Below, one piece after another: positions 11,901 through 22,600 of a DNA stretch of 64,000 nucleotides; the stretch's first letter is position 1; each line of letters begins with the position of its first letter. The position numbers were made by a program, and so were the translations under genes. The DNA is taken from contig NC_042998.1 of NCBI RefSeq assembly GCF_006345805.1, positions 187,984,001 through 188,048,000 on the forward strand. The letters run 5' to 3'. The notes under the pieces were generated by a model. The model saw nothing but the letters and a program-made list of their open reading frames with translations. It did no database searches and was not told the DNA's origin. The DNA comes from Octopus sinensis. Taxonomy: Eukaryota.

Positions 11901-14900
11901 GTAAGGTAGAGAGGACATGGCAACCTCTCTAGTGCTTGTGTTATAATAATGTTCATCCAGTTCACTCTGTAAACAAACAAAAACTACAAGGTACAGAGAA
12001 CTCTTTAGTCATATAGAGGCAAGGCAACATTTCTAATGCTAATGCTACAATAAAATGCCTACAGTATCTTGATAATACTAAAACTCTAGGGATGTTTGTG
12101 TGTTACTGAAATATCTCAGAAATAGTATATTTTATCTTATTTTTTGTATGCATCTATTTTTACTGTGGCAGTGCAGTACACATTTTTGTGATATTTGGAC
12201 CTCTATTTAAATGATTAAACACAATTTTTGTTATTTCTTGATGAAAAAATACATGGCTTCTGTGAAGTCAACACACATACAGAATGCACACACATATAAT
12301 GAATGTCATCGTGTGTCCATTAACACAAGCACATGTCCACTCTCTGTGACATATACACACACAGTCCTCGTACTCTCTAAGAAAAAAAAAACATTGACTT
12401 TTTGATGGACGCAGTATTTTAATAATTTAGAAATATTTTTAACTGAATGTGATTTCATCATCTGGAGTTTGTTAATTTCCGTAAAAAAACTTTTATTTAC
12501 TTTTGTTTTAAAGTGAAAGAAAAGAGAAAGTGTAAGATGTATGTGTATATGAATTAGATGTGTGTGTATGTGTGTGAGAGAGAGAGAGAAAGAGAATGAG
12601 TGAAGGGGTCTGTTGTCATGCAAATGTACATACATCAATACATATGTGTACATCTTTTTTGTATGTATGTGTGCATGTGTGTGTGTGAGAGAGAGAGAGA
12701 GTGTAAGTGAATGTGTGTGTTCTCATGTATGTGTCACACTCTCTTTCTCTCATTCTCTCTCTCTCTCTCATACACTCGTACACACACATACACATGTCCA
12801 TTTCATACACATTCAAACATCTTTCACTTTAAAACAAAAGTAACAGGTGATTTTCAGGATAAAAAACAGCTTCTACTCTTGTAAATTGATTACTATTATT
12901 TGGATAGTTCCAATTAGATAAGTCCAGAAGTTAGGTTAAATATACATACATGCATAAGTACTCTGAATTCCCATTCTACAAAAAGGGCAAACAATTCTGT
13001 GAATACTTTACCAGGCAATGCTGGGTAGTAAGTCTAGTTCTCTATAAAATGGTTGGCTTTAGACAGACCATCCAGCCATAAAAACCATGCTAAAAAAGGA
13101 ATGTACTAGCAAGGATGGTACCCAATCATTCTAAAACTGTAGTAATACTCAACATGTACTGACATGGATTATGATGACGTGTCCAACTCATACCAGCATG
13201 GAGAAGTACATGTAAAATAATGATGATATGCATGCAAATATACATACCGACACATAGATATACATATTGATATCGTACATACCAGCTGCATATCATTTCG
13301 AATTGATGAACTTACCTTTCCTACACATATCATCCTCACTTGTTTCTCTGACACTAAGATTTGTACTCAATCCTATTCAAACTGCAAAACTCCACAGGCA
13401 TTAGTCTAAAGAAGTTCAAACTGTATTGATATTATCTAGCGACTTGCAAATTTAATGGACACTCATTTTTTTCTGTTGACAAAATAATAGCATAAAATAC
13501 TCTTTATTCCACAATCACACTAATATGGCTATTTTATAAACAAAGGCATACACTGACATACACTCATTCAAGTAATATAGTTCCGATATCTTTTGAGACC
13601 AACTGATTCCAAAAATCCATTCTTAAATAACATTTATTTATTAGAAATATTAAATTTCTAAATATCTCAGAGAGATATGAGCAGGGGTGGAACGATAGAG
13701 CGGTTGTATACTGTCAACTTAACGTGACAGTCCCGTAAAGGGAATCACACCACCGCTATTTAGCCCTAGGAAGCATCGACACTTCCTGTCAGCTTTGACA
13801 CTTCATTTATTAATATTTGAAAATTCCTTTATTAATATTTGAAAATTCTATCAAAAGGAATTTATAAATTGCATTATAGAAAAATATCTATATTCGAGAG
13901 GTAAATATAATATTGAATAATACCAACATTTCTCCCATTGTTGATTTAACATTGATTTCAAAGTTTAAATAAAATCTCACCACTATCTATGGTTATATGA
14001 TGACTGTAAAAGTGTCCTATAATAAAGTACTGGAAATATTGGTGACTGACTCATGAGTCTTGATTTCAAATCCTGTCATTGATGTTATATCATGTGATCA
14101 TTCAAAGTCTAATATTATTTTATCTGTTAATGGAAAATAGTTATTACTCAGATTGACTCTTTCTTTGAGGAAGGGCATCCCGTTATAAAGTCTATCTTCC
14201 AGCAGTTCATTTAAAAGCTTATCTGAATTTATAAAAGCATATCAGCATGTAAAAACCTGTATAAAAATGTTAAAATAAAAATTCCTATTTAGAGTTGCTT
14301 TAAAATATTAAATAGATTTTAGGCACTATTTTTACCTAAAAGCTCCCTATAACTAAAACCAAGATAAGTAGTGTCTCAATATTTTCAGAATGAACAAGTG
14401 CTGGTATCAAATTTGAGGTTCTAATTTATAAGAAACTATACTTAGTACGAGATGATTCTAATTTGTTATTCTTAAGACACCTGTACCGGTGACACGTAAA
14501 AAGCACCGTCCGAACGTGGCAGATACTAGCGCTGCCTGACTGGCGTCCGTGTCAGTGACACGTAAAAGCACCAACCGATCGTGGCTGTTTGCCAGCCTGC
14601 TCTGGCCCCTGTGCCAGTAGCACATAAAAAACACCCACTACACTCACAGAGTGGTTGGCATTAGGAAAGGCATCCAGCTGTAGAAACACTGCCAAATCAG
14701 ACTGGATCCTGGTGCAGCCTCCATGGCTTACCAGACTCCGGTCGAACCGTCCAACCCATGCTAGCATGGAAAACGGATGTTAAATGATGATGATGATGAT
14801 TTTATTACTGAAGTATTAAATTGAATTATTAGGAACTAAAGCAGACTGAATTGCTGATATCTTAAATTTCTTGCAAAAGTTTCATGTAGACTTACACTGC

Positions 14901-16637
14901 TGCATCTTCTATCAAAGTATTACTCTTATGAGTGGTAGAAAACTAAACTCATATTCAATCAGTTAAAAATTCATTTAACCACTCAAACAAAATTGAACCA
15001 AATCCTATGACTGGTACCCGGCCAATGTCAGTGCCGCTGGACTGACTCCTGTGCACGTGGCAAGTAAAGAAACACTGTTTCGACCCTGTGCTTGAGGAGA
15101 CCTATTGAGTCAAGTACATCAAAATCAAAAATCAATGGAAATTGTAGTTGTGATCCCTGTGCCGGCGGCACGTAAAAAGCACCATCCGAACGTGGCTGAT
15201 GCCAGCGCTGCCTTGACTTGCTTCCATGCTGGTGGCACGTAAAAAGTACCAACCGATCGTAACCATTGCTAGCCTTGCCTGGCACCTGTGCCAGTGGCAT
15301 GTAAAAAGTACCCACTACACTCATGGAGTGGTTGGCATTAGGAAGGGCATCCAGCTGTAGAAACACTGCCAGATCAGTTTGGAGCCTGGTGCAGCCTTCT
15401 GGCATCCCAGACCCCGGTCGAACCGTCCAACACATGCTTGCATGGAAAACAGACGTTAAATGATGATGATGACTTAGACCCTCAGGCTTGCTTCATCAGA
15501 GTGATGGGCAGCATACTATAATGACTTCAAAATCACACCATAATTGATTCTTTTCTTATGCACTTGCTTGTTTTTATGATTTGTAAATTTGATTCCAGCT
15601 ATTCTCTGTTGAGAATTCTCCCAATGTTGACACCTAGAGAACCAATGTCATTTATTTTAATTTCAGACTAACTACATCAGTACATCCAAGTACAATGTTT
15701 TTACATTTCTTCCCAAGAACTTATTTGAGCAGTTCCGGCGACTTGCCAATTCTTATTTTCTAATTCTCCTTATCCTACAGGTATGTAAACAAATACTGTA
15801 CTTCCACCTTTGTGCAATGAGCTGAAAGTGATTTACTTACTCTGTTGTATGTATTTGTGTGTGTCTTTGAATTAACAATATTGATCACGGTTGGCAAGAA
15901 GGATTGGTGATTTATCATTTTTGAATGATATATGGCATATATTATTTAAAAAGTGTTATAATTTGGCATGTCTTTTTGGTAATAATAAGGATTAGTATAG
16001 AAAAAGAAAAACAAAAAAGAAAAAAATTAGAGTTGGAATGTAAGTAGTTGCTAGGGATTGACTAATGGAGAAATTCCATTCTGAAATATACCAGGCAAGT
16101 TATGGTGAAATTGATATGACTTATTAAGGGCAATGACATACAAAAATGCTACAATTTTATAATAGTAAACCTTTTAGTGTTTTTATGTTAATTATATAAA
16201 CTTACAGCTACAGCTGAAGACCCTGTTGTTTCAAAGTCTTTTGGACGTACTACCTACTAACAAAATTACAATGAGCTATGTTAAATATCAAATTTGTCTG
16301 AGAGAATTGTTGTTAAAACTGAACTCATCATTAGAATGTGTCCAACCCAAGACAGCATAGAAGATGGATGCTAAATGATAATGATGAGGATTTACCAATA
16401 TTTACAGTTATGCTATGTTTCGATCAGGTATGCAGGTGTGGTTGCCTGGTCAAGAAGCTTGCTTCCCAACTGTGTGATCATGGATTCAATCTCATTGGGC
16501 AGTACTTTAGTCAAGTGTTTTCTACTATAGTCCCAGGCCCACCAAAGCCTTGTGAATGAATTTAAACCGTCCAACCCGTGCTAGCATGGAAAACGGATGT
16601 TAAACGATGATGATGATGATGAAACTGAAAAGAACCC

Positions 16638-16675
<38 letters not shown>

Positions 16676-19600
16676 GATAGATAGATAGGTATACTGTGTG
16701 TGTGCATGCGTGTGTGTATGCATGTGTGTGTACCCTTGTGCTAGATACCACATGATAGTTGTAAATGTACATTGTTATCATATAAGCAAGGTTATTTGAT
16801 TTTAGTCTTCTATGAGAAACATATCTGCCTATGGGTAATTATTACTTTGCTCGGAGATAGTTGAGCATTAGCAGCAAGAAAGGCATCTTGCCATAGAAAT
16901 ATCTGCTTCAACAAATTCCATCTGACCCATGCAAGTAAAGAAAAGTGACTTTTAAATAATTATGATGATGATGTACATGGTCCCCATACTAGATCCAAAC
17001 TAGGAACATTCATTTCTAAACTGAGCAAAGTAATTTCATTATTTACTAAGCCAGTGCTGTACATGTTCTGGGAGTTTTTATAGATAACAATATTAGTACT
17101 GTTGGCTTTGGATTATCTACACATCCAGGATGACTGTTAAAAACTGAGTTGATTTTAATGTAGTATAGATATAAAATAAAATAAATGCGCCCTTTTAAAG
17201 CCTAGCCAAGCTCATGGGCCCGGTTTCCCGGTTTCTATGGCGTATGTGTTCCCCAGCTGGATGGGACACCAGTCCATCACAGCGTTACTCATTTTTGCCC
17301 GCTGAGTGGACCGGAGCAACATGAAATGAAGTGTTTTGCTCAAGAACACACCGCGTTGCCCGGTCCCGGAATCGAAACCGCAATCGTATGATCCACTAAA
17401 CCACACGCCTCCGCGTAGTATAGATATAGATATTGTAAATGTACACTTCAAAGAGGAAGTGAATAGTCTGTACCATTTATAAAGTAATGTATAAATTGCT
17501 ACTGAACTGAAGTATTTTCTAAAGCTAATAAGAGGAAAGTTATTCTCTGAGACACAGTTATGTTACAAATAATGGGTTTCACAATCTTCTTAAGAAAGAT
17601 CTTCAGTTATTGTGAAACGGGATTTGTAGAAAGTTTGAATTGCTTGTCACTTGCTGCAGCTTTGTGGGGTTTGAATTACATGTTGTCCCAGATGAGAGAG
17701 TGTGATGCACAAGACTGTGTCTGTGCATTTTGTGCAGTGATTATGTCTTTATGCAAGATTATCTTGTTCCCACTGGAGAATGGTTTTGGGTTCTCTATTC
17801 ATGAGGGCAGTGTAAATTTGGAAAGTGGTGTTAGGGTTGGTTGTATGTCTATATTCAGAATATTAAGGAGGAACAAAAATGCTATAATTTGGATAGGAAT
17901 GACTGTTGTTTGAGGTGACTGCAGGTTAAGTTGTTAACATACAAGAGGGAGAGTCTGGGTAATATAAAACAAATCTTGAAGAATACCAGAGTTGATAATG
18001 CATGTCTGAGGACTTATAATTGTGTTCTGCAATCTGACAGGAAACTTTCCATGTAAGAGATTAAAGACAGCTGAATCCTTTAGTTGGCCAGTCTAAACAC
18101 TTTGAAAATTGTGATTTAGAATTGTATAGAAGAAATTGATTACATCCACATTTCAAGGAGCTCATGTTACTTTCTTCATTTTTATATTAGTGGAAAATAG
18201 AAGATTGCTAATCAGAAAATGCCATTGAAGAAACAAACCTTTGTTTTTTGATTGGCATTTCCTTCTTTCTTTTTTTTTTTTTATCTGGCATATTAAAAAT
18301 ATATTCAAGTAAGTCAATGTTGGAGGATAATGATGTTGGTGCTGGAATAGTTGTTGGATAAATTTACTAGGTTCTAATGCTTTTAGCAATAATAAAACAA
18401 GTAGCAGAAGGAAACTATTATAAAAACCGTGCCTTTAGCATCGTAGGTTTCCCAAGTCTCTCTCTCTCTCTCTCTCTCTCTGTAGAACCATATGTTTATA
18501 GTTAATACAACAACCTCTGTAATCATTCATAGACATTATCTTGGGTAAAAGAGTCTTTCTCCTAGATGTTACCGCCAATTTTTAAGAGACCATAATTTTT
18601 CTATTTGAGGAAAAGGAAAATATATTTGGTTAAGAAAGGTCATATTATCTTAGACAATTCAGCAAATCTCCTTAATTAATTTCATAAATTTCTTTAAATA
18701 GTTTGAAAATGATAAAGTCATCTGTGATGTAGACATCATTAATAATGGAGTATTTTGTCATAAAAGCTGATTCCACAGGTGTCATCTCTGAATCCAATTG
18801 CCACATTCATACCGTTAGTCACTGTTCTGGGACTCAGTGCCATTAAAAGTGCTATTGATGACATAGTAAGTGAAATTTGGGTATATTTCATTTCATGTTA
18901 CCTTTGGCTGATTCTAAAAGTGCTAAATTCATGTTACCTATGGTGATCACAAAAGTGCTAAATTATTATAATTATTTTCATTATTTATTGTTTTTTTCTT
19001 TTTTAGAAGCTAAAAAAATTTGAGTACTTGTAATTTTTGCTGCAATACTTTGAAAGGAAAATTAGCCTCTAAAATGCCTTGAATGCAAAATGTCCTTTAA
19101 AAACCTTAGGTTTCTTATCTATGTAAGAATCTGATATTAGTAATTGATTACTTAATAAGTTGGATTTGGTGCCAAACGCTTATGATTTCAAACCCTGTAA
19201 TTGACATTGTTATTTGCACATATGTGGCAATTAACAATTCCAACTGCCTGTGAGTAAAAATGGTTTCAAATTCACACAATTTATTGGTGACTTGCTGTAA
19301 AAGGTCTGTTCAAATAGTTCCCATATAAATTCACTTTTAACCCTTTAAACCTCTGTATGAAAAATTTATAAGTATTTTTTTGCATTTGAACAAAGTAAAA
19401 ACAAAATATACTTCTGGGCTTTTCATGCACATTCACATGTAAATGAAGTACAATAAAAAATTGTGGGAATTGAAACTAGCTCACGAGCTCTGATCAATTG
19501 AATTTATTTATTCTATAAAATTAGTGTTTATTCATAAAGTTTTGTTGTCATCAAAAAATTACAGTACACAAATTTCTTTATGTTTGTATTATTTTTAGAA

Positions 19601-22600
19601 TTATCTCAGAAGGATATTTGCAGCCAAGAAAGTTAGTTTAGAGATAGATGATGAATTTTAATTGAATGTTGATTTTTAACATTGTTCAGTGTCACAAAAT
19701 TTGGAGAAGGGGTAAACCAATTACTTCTACCCCAGTATTTGTATGGCACTTTCTTTACTAATGTATGAAAGCTGATATAAAAAGCAAAGATGACCATGAA
19801 AGTAGAACATAAATTATATTACTAAACATTACACAACACTTTGTTTGGGACTCTGCTGATTCTATCTTCTTATAACTTTTATTGTATTTATGATAAAAAA
19901 ATAAAACCGTTTTCTATGTTCAGCTGAAAAAATTTTGGCGTCAAGTGAATTTTTTTTGTGTCATATGTAGAATTTCATATGTCTAAGACAGATGTTGTTG
20001 TGCAAGATTTGCTAGGATTTCTATAAGATGACAAATATATTTTGTTATTAAAATTCCTTTCTTGGCTTTGTCTGCACAAGCCTGTAAATTACTCACCAAT
20101 AGCATTTGGTGATGGCTTTCTGCTGGGTAAGCAGTATTTATTACTGTATCCAAGAGTTTAGTAGACTGAAGCATTTACTTGAGATACATCATTTCAACCT
20201 GTGAGCTGGAAGATTTATATCGTTAATGTTTCATGTGCGACTTATTGCTTATTGTAACAATAAATTTTTTATGTAGGAGTAAGTCGATTAAATTGACGCC
20301 AGCGCTCATCTGGTACTTATTTTATTGACCCAGAATGGACGAAAGGCAAAGACGACTCCAGCAGAATTTGAACTCAAGATGTAAAGATGGATGAAATGCT
20401 GCTAAGCATTTTGCCCAGTGTGCTAACAATTCTGCCAGCTTCCTGCCTTACTTGCCCTATGAATATTGATATATGTCATATATAATACTCCAACAGCTGT
20501 ATTTACTTTATCACTGTAACATTTGGCTAAGAATAGACTTCTATGATAATTCTAGATATGTCTCTGCACAAGAAACATATCTTTAATTGGTTTATATATT
20601 AGACTTTGCTGGGATTGTTCTTTACAATTTTCTGCAACTGCAAAATGCACAAAAGACACATATGCACATGCATAAATATATGTAATATAATATGATATAA
20701 TATATATATATATATATTGTTTCATATAAATATTATTTTATTAAATGTGGGAAATATATTCATATATAAGGTTTTATGTATTTTATGAGGGAAATGTATT
20801 TTCTTTTGAAATGTTGTTCACTTGATGAGTTATTTTTATTTATTCATTTTTTTTTTTTTTCAATTAAGTTATGTACAAATTAAAAATAAATGTAGCTTAT
20901 TTGGTATGGTATTATGCTTATGATCTAATTTCAGAGAGAAAAAAAAATCTGTTTAATCCGATATTATTAGCATGTATTTGAGACAGATAGGGCAAACAGG
21001 TTCACTGATGGGACCTACCCCATTTAAATCATCTATCTATTACTCATTGGGCAACCATGTTACTGATTGCATTGCAGATAATGAATGTGTAGTGAAACTA
21101 ATAAGACAGTTGTTTGATAAGTGATATGCATGGCTTGACTCATTGATATACCTACTCATCTTTTCTGTCTCAAATTATTTGTTATAATGTCTAATATCAT
21201 TGTACATTGAAAATATTAAAACAGTTACTTGAATATCTAAATGTCTGATGAAAAGAAATGGAGGATGAGATTGATAGTTTGAAAAATCTTACAAATATTT
21301 ATAGCTTTATAGATCCAATAAAAATATTGAGTCTTATTTCTGCTCTATTTGACTTGTTGAGCTTATAGATCCATCTGTTTTTAATTGATGGTAATATTTT
21401 ATGATTAAAGAATATCATGACTAATTTTCATATATATACTCACCATAGACACACACTTTGGTGAAGAGGTATTTAATATTAAGCAGTTAATTTCTTTACA
21501 ACCACCAAGTAAACAAATATAAAATATAAAATCTTGTCCTATTATTACTTATTTTGGTGTGGTTGTTGGGGTGTAGCAATATCTAAATGAGTAAGAAATC
21601 ATTTTAGACACAAAACTATCAGATCATATCCTATCATTAGTGCTAAGCTGTGTTTTGGGCCAAGTAAATTAACAGTTCTGATGGCTGTAGAACCATTAAC
21701 GATTTTGTATGTTTACCTTGTGCTTCTTTCATCCTCACCTTAACTTGTATAGTGCAATTATACTTTGCTAACAAGGTCAGAATAATACCAAAAAATGTAT
21801 GTTCTTCCCTGAATTTGTTGGGTAAATGAGAGTCATATTATTCATTGACTGACTTTTTTTCTTCACCATACATTTATTTTTTGTTAGCTTTTAAGATGCT
21901 CTTTGCATTAATAAGTTACCAGTGGCTTATCTAAAACAAAAATTAGTGAGATGACAGTTCAATGATAGATCAGCAAACCCATATTTTGTGTGTAGTTTGG
22001 TATTTTGCTGTTGTGAGACAGAGCTATTTTATATAATACTTTTTTGTTTTTTTAAAGTATATCTGTTTCTGTTGTTGCTAACATAATCTCTGTCAGAATT
22101 TTAAGGGAAGAAGCTGACAGTAATTTCTCAAATAAACAATGAAGTTCAAATTTTTTTAGGGGAAGAGAAAATGAAAGTTGTGAATATGATACATTCCCTT
22201 TAAGTTTAATAAAAAAGAAATAAAAATAATTACAATTGTAAATTCAAACTGATTCACTGATTCACTTTGCTGGGAGATAATAATTATCAACATGCACATC
22301 AATAGAACAGAATGTTGCTACTTGTAATGATACTTCATGCAAGCAAAAAGCTCTAACACTTATACAGACACTTCAAAATCAACAGTGGTTAATATGTTGA
22401 TTTCTCATAAACCAATCGACTATCATTTGGAAAGTTTGTACAACTGTTGGATACTTTTTTGTATAAATAAAATGTATAACGCTACATTCAGATGCATTGA
22501 ACTCTTTTTGTGTGTATTGTTTTAACCTAAGATTATCATTATATATTTGTAATTGTAGAAAGTTGTTGTATGTATCTCTTTTTATGTGCCCATGTTGATA

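Noticed and set aside
20080-20170. Possible third copy of the TM2 exon (SPIAF...[12 protein letters not shown])
   Set aside because: Needs a frameshift, contains stops and has no donor at the expected position. The similarity is within chance.
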